The position numbers and the translations under genes are program-made. A stretch of DNA of 64,000 nt, taken from positions 11,718,001 to 11,782,000 of the forward strand of contig OU015568.1 in NCBI GenBank assembly GCA_907165135.1, given 5' to 3'. Of this stretch, positions 25,208 to 37,870 are shown one piece after another. The DNA comes from Oikopleura dioica (taxonomy: Eukaryota > Animalia > Chordata). Numbering within the stretch: the first letter of the stretch is position 1; every line of letters begins with the position of its first letter. The notes below the pieces were generated by a model. It did no database searches and had not been told where the DNA came from. It was given only the letters and a program-made list of their open reading frames with translations.

Positions 25208-26676
25208 ATGGAAAGCTCGACACTTATAAATGAGTTCAACCAATCTACTGGTAAGTTATCAGCATTCATCACGCAACGCTCGATCTTCGCCTCAGGTGGC
25301 GCGCCGGAGCGTGTGAGTTTTCACGCACGATAATTTTTTGAAAAGGGTTTAATTGGGCAATCAAATTCGACGAGAAAATTCTAGCAGCAAATAAAATCGA
25401 GGGGAAGAAAAGAGTTCATATTTGCTTTCACTTTTCGTATGTTGACATTAGACTGCAAATTCCAGCAGGAAATACGTCCATATTACGTACCTATTCATGC
25501 TACCACTCAGACAACCACTGACGCAAATGAGCAGCACTTACGGGCGATAGAGAGCTAACAAGAGATTGTCGAGAAAGGCTGCTCCTCGATTTTATAAAGC
25601 GCGAGACTTCCTTTCATCCTTTTTATTGAAAATTTAGCGGCTACTCCCATGCCAGAGCTCAGTCCTGAACAGAAGAATGCGATATCTTGGACCATTTGCT
25701 GTACAAACGCTTTTGTTATGCTCACTTCCGGACTGGTCATCGACATCAAAAAGTTTGGGAAAATCTTCATCACAGAAAAGGCTTCAAATCTGGTATTTTG
25801 ATAGGTAAGCAAAGCATTAATCTCTCGAAATTTCAATCTTACAGTAAAACGAGTCGGCAGTTGCAGAAATTACAGGTTTCTTACTGTACATGTAATCTGT
25901 ACGATGGTGTATTATTTTGTTAATTTTAACACTCAGGCGTTAAAAACTATCTTTGATCAATCCTTTATTAATTTGACTATTAAAATAACAATTCTATTTT
26001 AGGGTTAGTGGGGCAACTAATTCTGATGCCGTGCTTAGCTTTTCTTGCAATCACTATCGGCAAATTGGACAACGCTATTTCACTAGCAATTATTATCCAG
26101 GTAACTTAAATCATCAGACTTGATTAGTAAGTAAGAATTAGGGTTGCTGTCCTGGATCAGCTGTTTTGAATCTTTTCTCCGCTTATTGTGATGGCAACGC
26201 GATACTAGCGTAAGTTCATTTAAATTTGCTACTAGCAAATAATTGGTGTGATTGTTATATATTTTATTATAGACAAACTCTCACTTCAGTTGGTACTATT
26301 ATGGCACTCGGGCTGATGCCTCTGTACCTGAAGATCTACCACAGTAACCTGATGGACCCGACGGCTTGCGAAAACGGCGTTTGTCCCGAAATTCCGTACG
26401 GGCCCATTTGTCGGACGCTTTCCATTCTACTCCTTGGCTTGTCAATTGGAATAACAATACGATATTTGATCATGCGGTATAATAAGAAGCTTAGAATTCT
26501 CAAGATGTTTGTCAAGGTAAGATAAGCTCACGTAATCGTCGCAGCGGGATACTTTTCTTCAAAATTTTCCGTTTAGTTTGGAACGGTTCTCGGCTTTCTC
26601 GTCATAGTGACATTCATCATTTTATATGCAATTTATTTTACTTGGGATTTTGGAACAGAAGTCTGGATTATTACAG
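25208..26676 (+). CDS. SLC10 sodium/bile-acid symporter family, 5' exons
   Basis: MLTSGLVIDIKK, GLVGQLILMP, IQGCCPGS, TLTSVGTIMALGLMPLYL match the SBF consensus. Exons 25208-25250, 25638-25804, 26003-26100, 26142-26209, 26273-26516, 26577-26676. Apparent 1-nt frameshift at the A5 run 25748-25752. Confidence 0.85.
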
Positions 26677-27653
26677 GTAGGAAATTTTCCAATCCTGTTG
26701 CTAAAGCAAAACTCAGCAACTATGCCTCTATGTGTAGGGTCCACGCTCAAAAATTAGGTACCCGAAATAATGGTCCAATGATTTTCAAAATTATATATGT
26801 TATAGAGATGTATCGTTTAGGTATTATATCTCTTTATCCGAGAAAAACATTAAAGGGTTGAGAAATAACAAGGCCCTAAAATTGGCAAAAATCTGAAAAT
26901 GGTCAAGATGGACAATTTTTTAAAATTTAAAAAAAGAAATGTATGTTAATTTAATTGCTTATTTCAAATTTAAAAACTATTTTTTGGAGGATGGCCTTAT
27001 TTAACAGAAATAAGCGATTTTTTGTCGATTTTGCCCCTTTTCAAAGCAGCGCGGCGCCGATTGCCTCGGGCGCTCCTAGGGTGTCCAAGACAATTTTTAA
27101 AAATATTATCCGCTTTTAAACTGATTTTAATAAAGAACATTTTATTCTCGTTTATATTTTAAAAAGAAAAAAAATGAAAGTATTACTGAAAATGACATAA
27201 TAATTTTCATTACCTTGGGCTAAATTTAAATTTCTAGTCTTTTTCTCTCGATTTTTTTGTCAAAATTTTCTTCTTTTATAACAAAATCGAGAAAAAAAGG
27301 ATGAGTTTTGACGATAATATTAAAAAAGAAAAAGAAAAATTAAATTTTTGGCCATTAAAAAACTCCAAAGAAGATGGAAGGTTCATCAAATTCACTGCAT
27401 TCTTCCGCAATTGAGCCAAGCAACAATGGTTGGATCAGTGTTTGAAAAAATGGTCGAAAATAAGATAAGCGAGTGAGCTTGTTGTGGGGAGTATCAGTGA
27501 TACTGTATCACGCATTTTCGGCTAAAGGGGGGTCGGAGATCGGCTATAGGAATACTTAAATAGGTATTTAAACAACTTAAATAATCTGAACTTTACCACT
27601 TACGTAACTGCCCGGTAAATATGTTTCGTTTCAAAGAACGCCCGTAAATACGC

Positions 27654-28156
27654 TTAAGGACCCCCCCCGTCATGTTTGACGATTTTCGGAAATTGATTCT
27701 CTGAGTTCTGAGGATCATTTTTCTCTATTATAAAATTTTATTTCGACTTTTTGACCCTCAAAATCGACCTTGAAAATCATGATTTTCGGGCTTTTTTAGC
27801 TAAATTTGCCCATTTTTCGGCCGATCACCAATCTTCAAACCCTTTTTTAGTGAAACCCTTAAGATATCATCATAAACTTGATGCGGTGCCCTTGACAAGA
27901 GTCTCAGCTAAATTTTCAACATGAAAAAATTTTGATCAGTTAAGGTGATCACAATGATATCACTGTTTGAAAAATATTTTCATTTAAACTTATTGGTGCG
28001 ACACCCTTAAGAGGCCTTTAAGCTTGTTTTCCTTCTGGTGCCCCAGAGCAACTATCGGGCTACAAAATAATTAAAAAATTTTTCAAAAATCTTAAGGGGA
28101 TCAACCCGATAACCGTGTTTGAAAAAGTGATTATGAGATGACGGAGGGGTCCTTAA
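27654..28156. mobile_element. Non-autonomous element with TTAA-flanked GGACCC terminal inverted repeats (Kolobok-like MITE)
   Basis: Left end ttaaggaccccccccgtcat; the reverse complement of the right end (28138-28156) is ttaaggacccctccgtcat. No coding capacity. Confidence 0.6.
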
Positions 28157-28686
28157 AGACCAATCTTCGAGTTCTTCAAGTAAGTGAATGAGCGCGAGCA
28201 TTGGCCTTGAAAGTGTACGGGAGTGGGTAAGAATAAGCGCTCATCATTTTTTCAAACACTGGATTGGATAGCCGATGGGAAAAAATTCTTTCGGGGATTC
28301 AAACCGAAAACGTCAAAGCAGGGTTGCGCAATTGTGAAGCTTAAGAATTTTTAAGGGATCCCCCCCCCCGTTTTGGCCATCTTTGACTTGAAATTCAGCC
28401 GATTAGGGTTTATGAATCCAGACGTTCAATAGCTCTTCTGAAAGCTTGTGTGCTATCCGCTATTCTCTAGTACAGAGAAATCATTTGCTCAAGGCAAACC
28501 TACAGCAAAGAGGCGCCAAAGTTCGAGAAATCTAAAAATTTTTGGCCATTTTTGAATCGAAATTCAGCCAATAAGGGTTTAGATAGACTTGATCTGAAAA
28601 AAGATTCAGTAAGAATAGAGCCTAATCTAAAATCTCTTGTACAGAGAACTTTTTTGGTCAAGTAACAAAAAAATTCGGATCCAATT

Positions 28687-30500
28687 GTGCAACTCTCGCC
28701 GTATTGCGAAACCTTCGACTGCAAAAAAATTTTGAAGAAAATTTTCTTCACTCTCATTCTTCTTGCCGTTGGATGGTCAATGAAGGTCGGTATCGACCGC
28801 GCAATACAAAAAGCGACTGATGATCTCGAAGCAGAGAAAAAAGCTGCTCTTTCAAAAATGGTATTTTTTATGAAATCAATTATAAATGTTAATGTTTCTT
28901 CAGCATTTTCCGGAATATTTTTGAATTCTAAGACCTTTACTTTTCAAAATATGGGTCCAGGCTTTCTTTTGACCGAGTCAGATACCCTTAATTATGACTT
29001 TAACACCCTTTAAAATCGGTTTAAAAAACAGCTCCAAATAATTATCCTACTCCAAATTAAGGGCACTCCAGAAATCGGGAATAGCCGTGTTTTTCCGTCA
29101 TGGGGGCCATTTTCTTTTTTATTTCTTTTGTTGAGTTTTGCTGAGCCTAGCAGAATATTTGCAAGCTTTTTATTTTGAGTTATTAAAAATGACATAATAT
29201 TGAAGTCAGAAAAATAATAAAAAGAGAATAGAAAGATTTTTTTCAAATCAAAATATGAATATTTTACTGTTTTTAATATCAGTTGGTCAATCCAAGAGAC
29301 CAGATTTTACCAGATATCGGATAGACATTGAAGAAATTACTCCTCAATACGACAATGATACTTTTATTCTCGGAATGCGACGTTGCCAGCGATTTCTTGG
29401 TCATTTTCTTCCGAGACACGAACAAGAGAACAATATTTGTCATTCAGCCCTTTCTTTAACAATTAGGCTCCCTTCTCCCCATATTCGGAAAGTCGTGTTT
29501 TGAATAATTTTTATTATTTAATGGAAGTCTATTCAAATAATCTGAAAGCGATCCATTTTTAATCCGGAGAAACGTGGTTTCACGAGCTCATTTGGAAATT
29601 TACACCCCGCAATGCTACAAAAATAAAAGAGACGTCACCAATTTTATACTTGAAGCAGATGCTTACATGGGAATTGCCTGGTTTTGGGTTTGATAGAAGA
29701 ATAATTTTATAAAAATAATTATCGAACTATTGAAAATCAAACTCAAGATAATACGGGATCATGAGATTGCGGCATTTTTTGAGGACCTTTCCAGTTACAT
29801 TCCTCAGCTTCTCCTTGAAAATGCGGATTCAATCTACGACATTAGTACTTTTATGTGAGTCCTTTTTTTAAACAATAAAAAGATTTTATCTATTGTTAAT
29901 TCAAGATAAATTTATAAATTCATTAAGTTTCAAATTGGAACGCCAGAAAATTGAAGAACCATTCTTTTTCGATAGGTTTTCATGATATTTTTACTTGTTA
30001 AGTGGCTCATGAAAATCCTTAAAGAAGACAGTGTAAAAGAGATGCTTTCGACTTATTTTGATGAAGCAAGGAAAATACTTTTAGGTAGAAAAACAAACAT
30101 AAAAAAAATTAAGATTGATTTTCTAGGTTTACTCAGTTGGGAAAACAGAACTATGAGCGAATCATTTGAGAGCAGATTTGTTTTACATGAAGGAACACTT
30201 TCGGAGAGAACTAAGAATATGGATGAGCTTCTTGAGACGCTTCTAGCTGTTATTAAGGAAAAAGGCTTTTTTAGGAAGAAAAAATTCCAATTAATGGAAT
30301 TCTTTTGATAAAGCAAATTTGAGACTTATTTGCATTCTCTTACAAAAAATGAATATCCGAGTGGGTGGAATCTAGGACAGGTTCAAAAAAGTAATCAAAA
30401 TAATATTGTTTGAAAATAATGAACATAAAAAAGAAAGTACTCAAAAAATCGCAGAGCTTGAAGTACTACGACGCTATGGGAACGAAGCAGCAAAAAATCT
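28687..30500 (+). CDS. Hypothetical multi-exon gene of unknown family
   Basis: Protein-like exons with splice signals: an N-terminal hydrophobic KIFFTLILLAVGW, then IDIEEITPQYDNDTFILG, FFEDLSSYIPQLLLENADSIY and ESFESRFVLHEG. Boundaries approximate. Confidence 0.4.
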
Positions 30501-31062
30501 AGCTTCATTTATTTTAAGTGATGAATAAAAATTTAAGAATCATTCATGATTTCCAATGTTTTTTGTTGTTCGGCAAGTTTATCATCCTCAAGCTGCTGTT
30601 CACGGTTGCGCATTCCCTAAAAAAGTTTTTTTTTTATAAAATATTTTTCCCACCTTCCAGACCAACTCTTTTTGAATGGTTTCGTCCAAAAATTTGAAAT
30701 GATCATAAAGCTGATTTTGACGCACAACAACTTGACGCCATACTCGAATGTCTGTCCTAAGAGTTCAAAAGCACGCTTCTGCCAAAAAGCTTATTCTCAG
30801 AGAGTAGTGCGCGGGGCGGCTTGTCCAAAAAAGCCCATTTTCAGAGAGTAGTGCGCAGTCCAAATTTTGAATCTCTTTTGGAATCAATGCTCCATTTAGG
30901 AGGGGATACCTTTTTTTAGCACGCGTACGCGCACGCGAAATTCAAAATTTCTCAGCATGCGAGAATTTTACGTTTTTTGGAACTCTGCCTGTCGTTCTTG
31001 AATCAGAAGACTCGAGCGATTTTAATTGACCGAAAGAACGCTCTGAAAATTCAAGTAAAAAT

Positions 31063-33837
31063 TTAAAATGGTTCGAATAAACCTGCAGCTCTGTTGTCAA
31101 AAGTTAAAACCGCGTCATCTTCAACTTCAATCTTATTTATTTCGATATATTCTTTCTCGTATTTTTCGTTAAAATTGATCATTTTAAAATCAAGAAGTCT
31201 TACTTGAGAAAAAACGATGGGGTTCCCCCTAAGAATAGAAATTAAAAATGACCATGCCCATAATACGTTCGGACGCGATTTTGATATTTTGATCGAGTTT
31301 TTTCGACAACGTTGTTTTTCTTCGGTGAAGATGAAGAAGTTCTTCAATTTTTTCTTTTAACATAAGGAGATCTTCTGATAATAGGAGCTCCTTCTGCTCA
31401 CTTTGGAGATAATCTGCTTTCTCCGTAAGTCCTCCAAAAAGTCGGTTGTACGACCCAGAATAATCGTCGCCTTTGACATAATCCATTCTTCTTTTCATGT
31501 TCTGAAATGCAATCTTTATCTCGGTAAATTTCTTCGTTCCTCCTGTTCGATCGAGAAACGGCTCGATTATAACATTCCAAAACATCAGAATCGTGGCTCA
31601 GAAACCTGTGTGAAAAACCTGAGCCAGTATCTGAAATTTGCAACTGTTTGAAAAATATTATTTTTTTTGTTATGGAGCCGCTCTTCGGCTTTCTTTTTTC
31701 AAGGCGCTACGCGGCTTGTTTAGAAAGCATATCAGAGCTCGACTGAAGTTTTTACACAGATCGCCGAAGCCCGATCGGAATTATGGCCATTTTCAATTTA
31801 GTCTTAAAAGAAGGTCGATAATTCTAAAACAGAATTTTCTATTAATTTGTATTTATCGACCTCTTGTCAAATAGAAATCAGGTTTTTCAGAAATTTCTAA
31901 AATTTTTGCTGCATATTTCTTTTCTTTGTACATCTCGCAAGTATTGATAACGAGTTGTTCATATTTGAAAAAAGAAATAGTATTTTTTTGATAATCCCAG
32001 GGTCATGTAATTAAAAAAAATTTTGTTAAAATCTGAAATGACCCATTCATGAATCGCATATCTGCTCCCAAGATCCGTTGAAAATGGGCGATTTGGCGAC
32101 TTGTTCGCAGCGAGAAAGAGCGCCTCGAGTCCAAAGCGGATATCGGCTCGGCTATGTGCCGTTGTTGTACGACTTATAATATTTTGAATATAAATAACAG
32201 ATTAAAACAACCTTCCAAATGATAATTTGAGCGCGACAAGAAGATTCCAGACGTCGGATGGTAATCCCTTAGAGTTTATCTTAAGGGGGTAAACTAGCCT
32301 TTTTCAACTGAAAAGGAATAAGAATGTTTTCTTATGTGATCCGAGATAAAATCAAACATTTATGATTTTTTGCGCTCATGGGCGTGTACCCCCTTAAGAG
32401 CATCTCGGCTTTTATCCTCGTGTTCAAAATGCTCGTAAGAGCGTTGATCAAAGCTCGCGGCTACATGCTTTTTCGGGATTTATGAAAGATGAAATTGTAG
32501 CACACATTTTAAAATATTCGCACTATTTAAATCCGTTCAGCATCATACATCGTAAACTAAAGATATTTTGCCTGTAGCCTTCATCTTCGAGAAGCTGGAT
32601 GATTTTTCGATTCGCACTCACTTGCGCGGCAGCTAAGAATTTCAAAAATATAATCACACAAGGGAGACACCTGTATCGCTGACTATATATCGGAGCCTTT
32701 GAAAAATAAGTCGATAGAAATTGAATTTTTTTTAATTCATCAACAGCACATTTTGACAATTGATCAGCTGTATGACGTTGCTGATGATAAATGCTAAGTA
32801 ACAAAAACTTCCCATTTTCGTCAGTCAATCCTGCGAAATATTCGAATGATCAGTTTCATAAATTTCTCTTACCGATAGAGCTGACAGCTCTATTTCGTCG
32901 TGATGTCGTCGCGTCTATCAGAGGGATGAAGAAAATTTGTTCTTAAGGATCGGAAACACGGTTTGGTATTTCGAGAATTTTAGTCAGAAAAAATCTATTC
33001 TTATCCCTGCACTAAATGTAGCGTCAATGCGACAGAAGATCTCACGAATTTTTCGATTTGGTGACGCATCGGTTCTATCATTACTCCGGACAGACTATTT
33101 ATAAACGTCTCACTTGGTATTTCGACCTCTGGGCTTTTCAGTTCGGGAACAAAATCTTCCAATTCAGAAAGCATCGCCCGAATAGTTGTTGAAGGAATCG
33201 CTCGCATTTTCAGCAAAAGAATAAATCGTATTGTTTCAAATTGATACGTCGGCTTGAATTATTTTTTTTCAATATTTTCTATATTTAAAGCGTTAACTAC
33301 CGTATTTTGACCTCTTGCGGAGAATGCCGGGCTAAATGTTTCTCTTCCAGGCGGTTTTTTCTTAAAAAAGCTCTGAAGCGTCGTTAACGGAGCGCTGCAT
33401 TTCGGAATTTCAAGGTCAGGAACTGGAACTTGACTTTGTTGACGTTGCCTCTTCGATGATCGGACAATGGGCGTTTTGCAAAAATAATATTCAAAATCGC
33501 CCATACCATCCAATAATTTATCAATCATATTTTGGTTCCGTTGATTTGTTTCCCATAAAGCATCATCAAGATCTTGATCAGGCCATAATTGAATTCTCAA
33601 ATTTTTGTTCTTCAAAATATTCATGATTGCAAGGTTTGCTTGACGTCCTTTACGAATGAAATTCGTCCAATCCTTTGAATTTCTGACCCTTGATCTCTCA
33701 AGTTCTTCCCAATGTTCAATCGTATAATATCCATTTTGAGTCAAATAAGTTTTCACATCATTATAAGAAAGAGGACAATTGTTTTTATGTAAATATGCTG
33801 ATATACTTGAAAAAAGAAAAAGAAGATCAAATTTCAT
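31063..33837 (-). CDS. Hypothetical secreted protein, multi-exon
   Basis: 192-aa ORF starting with a signal-peptide-like MKFDLLFLFSSISA (33837), followed by collinear protein-like ORFs at 33001-33216, 31229-31585 and 31063-31347. Confidence 0.5.
32281..32397. mobile_element. 117-bp mini-MITE with TTAA flanks and GGGGGTA TIRs
   Basis: ttaagggggtaaac at the left end and gtgtacccccttaa at the right end (one mismatch in 14). Confidence 0.65.
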
Positions 33838-34009
33838 TTTCTCTGTGAAAGTGGATTTTCCGCTTTCTTTTTTCTTTTAATCGCGTGGTTACGGTACATT
33901 ATATAATCCTCTATGTTGATCATTCTGGTAGACTTACTTGAAGCGTTGTCTAGGCGACATTTGATTTTCAACTCACAAAAATGATTTTCTCAAGGATACC
34001 CTTAAGTTA

Positions 34010-34533
34010 CACGAACCAAGTCACACGAACCTATTCTTCACGAACCTAGTCTTTACGAACCTAGTCACACGAACCTAGTCATCAAGCCGTTTCCTTTACT
34101 GCCCCAAAATTTATTTCTATTTAAAATTTCACGAACCTAGTCACACGAACCTAGTCATCAAGCCGTTTCCTTTACTGCCCCAAAATTTTTTTCTATTTAA
34201 AAATTCACGAACCTAGTCACACGAACCTAGTCATCAACCCATTTCCCTTACTGCCCCAAAATTTTTTCTATTTAAACTTTCACGAACCTAGTCACACGAA
34301 CCTCGTCATCAACCCATTTCCCTTACTGCCCCAAAATTTTTTCTATTAAAACTTTTACGAACCTAGTCACACGAACCTAGTCATCAACCCATTTCCCTTA
34401 CTGCCCCAAAATGGTGAAGATACAAAAAAATACATATAAAAATCAAAATTTCACGAACCTAGTCACTCGAACCATTTTTTCCGACATGGCACCCACGAAC
34501 CTAGTCACACGAACCTAGTCCTCACAAACCTGG
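34010..34533. repeat. Higher-order minisatellite: 14-bp CACGAACCTAGTCA units embedded in 75-76-bp units
   Basis: Long units start at about 34054, 34130, 34206, 34281 and 34356; runs of short units flank both sides. Confidence 0.92.
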
Positions 34534-35002
34534 TCATCGGTCCTGAGAAATAAAAAAATATTCCGGAAAAAATTCTTTTTAAATTTGTGAAAGATAAATT
34601 GATTTTAGTTGGAACAAGAAAACTTCGACGACTTCCAAATCGTATCCCACTCTGACGGTTACCGATCATGGATGTCATCATTTTCAGGAGAGGCTCCAAG
34701 TTTGATACAATTCAATTTTTCAATCAGCACTCGGGCTAGCCCGCTCATTCATCCAGGTCAATCATTTTTGAGAGAACTCAGCTCAGACCAATTATTTTCT
34801 TATTAATGGCAGCTCAGGTCAGCTTGGAAAATGGTAGCTCAAAAAGGGTCTGCTCAGCTTAGCTCACTGATATCAAGAAAAGGCAAGCTCAGCTCAGTTG
34901 AACAAATTTTTATACCAGGGGTCTGGATTCGCTTAGCGAATTCCCTTTCAGTAATTTCCATTCGCTTCCAGGAATTCGCAGTTCTTCCATTGTCGCTTTT
35001 TC

Positions 35003-35483
35003 CTTGGAAATTCCCACCTGTATCAATGGTCAACTGCGAAAGAAATGTTTTACTCAGAAGAGCACTTTAAAAATAAGCCGGTTGTTTTTGATCCAGAAGG
35101 AATTACTGGCACTTTTTCGTCGATTTTGATCGTTTTCTTCAGCTGCAAAGATTCTTCGAAAAAAGAAGAGTTTTCACAGAAGAATCCTTCTTTGGGAATC
35201 GGCTCAATTTTAATCCTCATCGGGCTCTATCGCGCATCAACTGTTCCCTTCAACAAAAACCTTTGGTCCGACAGCTTCGTTTTCTTCACCGTCGGCTTCA
35301 ATTCCCTAGCGCTCCTTTTTCTCCTCGACTTTTCCTCTTTTTCCATTTATCGTCCCTCTCGGAAGAAGATCGATGTTTGTCTATGTCGCTCACACCTTTC
35401 TCCGTGGCTACTTTCCCTTTTCCTGGAACTCTTCATTCACCCCTACGCACGCTTCAATCTTTTCCGAAAACCTCTTCGCGACC
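35003..35483 (+). pseudogene. HGSNAT: HGSNAT (heparan-alpha-glucosaminide N-acetyltransferase) C-terminal fragment, frameshifted
   Basis: LGNSHLYQ...FDPEGITGTFSSI, AAKILR, VPFNKNLWSDSF and FVYVAHTFLRGYFPFSW match HGSNAT but are spread over different frames (about 3 shifts). No N-terminal exons or final helix found. Confidence 0.7.
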
Positions 35484-36137
35484 AGAAAAAGTCCAAATAA
35501 TAACCCAAATAATCATTGAGCTGAGCTGATTTTTCAAAAAATTGTTGATCCCAAAAATCCCATACAATTTTCGTCGAATTTATTTCTAAAAGATTTTTTT
35601 AAACCTAAAAAGTCTAGGAGCTTCTTAAAGACGAATAATTCGACTGTTAATTTTTCTGCTTTTAGATTTTTTTCGATTTGAAAAAATTATATGAATTTTA
35701 ATAAAAATTATGAAAAATTAATTGGTTTTTTATTTATTGAAGTCTTTTTTAATGTCAAGAAAATAAAATTCTTGAAAAATGAAATTCTATTCATGCTTCA
35801 GTGTGGACACCCTTTCTCGGCCTGGGGGCATTCCGCGCAACGCGACTCACGCCGCTCTTTTTTGTCGTCAAAATTCACCCTTTTTGCAAGATTTCTCGAT
35901 TAAGAAGGCATCCTCCAAAAATTAAGAAAAAAAATATTAAATTATGGGCTTTTTTAAACCTATTCATAAAAAAAAAATTTTAAAATCAGTCGTTCTTCAT
36001 AGTTTTTCGAATGTTTTATCGAATTTTCTCCTCATCCCTTGAAGTTTTGAAAAATTTTTTTGCTTAAAAATAATTGTTATTTCAATAGCTAAAAGTTTTA
36101 TATTTACATAAAATGTATATATCTTATATTTAAAAAG

Positions 36138-37505
36138 TTTTATTTTTTGAGCGTGGACCCTATCTATGTGGATATATTCTTGGCTACGGCATATCAAATG
36201 CTTTTTACTGGTCGCTCAACTACTTTGCTCATAAACGAGGAAGTTCGTATGCAAAAGCTGCACTGAACAACTTCACAACTCACGAGTGCCGAACAATAGG
36301 CCTCGCCTGTGGACTTCAAAACACTCAACTTGGAATGTCTACCGTGTTTGGTGCGTACGCCCTTGATGATTATTTGATTGAGAAAATGCACCCTTACAGC
36401 CCCTTGTATGGATTTATGGAGCTCTTCTATGCATTCATTATTTCCGGAATCTTTTATCTCGTCGAGAAATTTTTATTCAAGGAAGTTAGTCCTGGGCCAA
36501 GAATTGTCGATATCCATCAGCATCTTTGGAGTCAACAGGTTTGTCAAAATCTTCTCCAATGTTTTGCTAAAGTTGTTTTAGGTCGAGAAAGAGCCAGAAA
36601 TGTATATAAACATGAAAGGAATCATCGATACGTTGCAGAGATTGCCTGCTTCATTCCGAAGAAGAAACCGCCTTGGGACGACAATTGAAGAAGATACATT
36701 TGAGCCAACAAGCCTTGATTTTGAAAAACTACAAACAGTCACGTCGTATTATGAGCTCACAGATGATTACAACCAGCTCACTTTGGATGGCAAAAATACG
36801 GTCGATAAATTGATGAAATGGAAGCAGCGATTTCCGGAAGAAAACTTCACCCGTGCTCATGAGATTGAGCAGTACGTTCGAAATCGCAAGAACTCTTCAA
36901 CAGGCGGTGTCGGAGAGCCGGGTGGATCAAGATACAGTGTCGTTACTGATTTCACAAAGGCATCAACGAAGAGAGGCCGATTCGAGGTAACGACTGAGAT
37001 CTCTCCCGAAACAACAACGATGGCGATTCAAGAGCAAAGCCCAGAAACGACGGAATCTTCGCCCGATACAAGGTAATGAATAGCTTCAAAAAATAACGAT
37101 GAGATCAAATTTAAGCTCATCAAATGGACTTCCCTCCTACGAACCGTACGATATCACAGACGAAGGTCCCAAGAGAACATCTTCGGTTGTACAGAAGAAA
37201 ACCATTGAGCGCTCGATAAGTGTACAGCCGAACACTGTTCAAAAGAAACCGCTGCAAGCACAAATTAGTAGTCCGCCAGTTGGACTTTCCTCGAGGTTCA
37301 AAATTTCAACGGTAGATGAAACAAACTTGCAAGAAAAAGGTACACTTACGAGTTTTTCTTGATCTACCCGAAAATTTAAGAATCCTTAACCCAAAACAAC
37401 GACGTATTCCAAGGTGAAAACAAGGAAGAGAGCCCGAACACTTCTGCAGAAAGTGATGACGTCTTCATTGTCGAAAAAGTTGTCGAAGATAACTCTGAAG
37501 CATAG
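36138..37505 (+). CDS. SLC10 family transporter, 3' exons with long cytoplasmic tail
   Basis: GYILGYG...CRTIGLACGLQNTQLGMS...PLYGFMEL matches the SLC10 CRT..ETG.QNTQL motif. Further exons about 36581-37072, 37120-37339 and 37414-37505. Exact 5' acceptor unresolved. Confidence 0.8.
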
Positions 37506-37870
37506 AAATTCGCGTCAGACCCATATCACCAGTTACAATTCACTATTTTAAACATTCATTTCAATTCCGAATTACTGATAATAGAAAATAAATACAACAA
37601 ATATTAAATCTTTATTCTGTCTTTATAAAGAAGATTTCACAATAGATTGAAGTAGACCCTTTTTGAGATATTTTTGTTTTTATCCACAATTAAAGGGGGG
37701 CCCTCTGGTAACTGCTCCAAGATATTGGAATAAGAGAACGTTCAATTACTGAGGAGCTGAGTAACATGTTACTAACATGTGAATTCTAGATTCCCCTTCC
37801 AATTCTCAAGTGTTTTGCCCACTCGTAAAGGACTTTATTATCGTTGTTATGAGAGGTTCACTAAGAAATT

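Noticed and set aside
34010-34533. CRISPR-like appearance
   Set aside because: Spacers are near-identical, there are no cas genes, and the context is eukaryotic.
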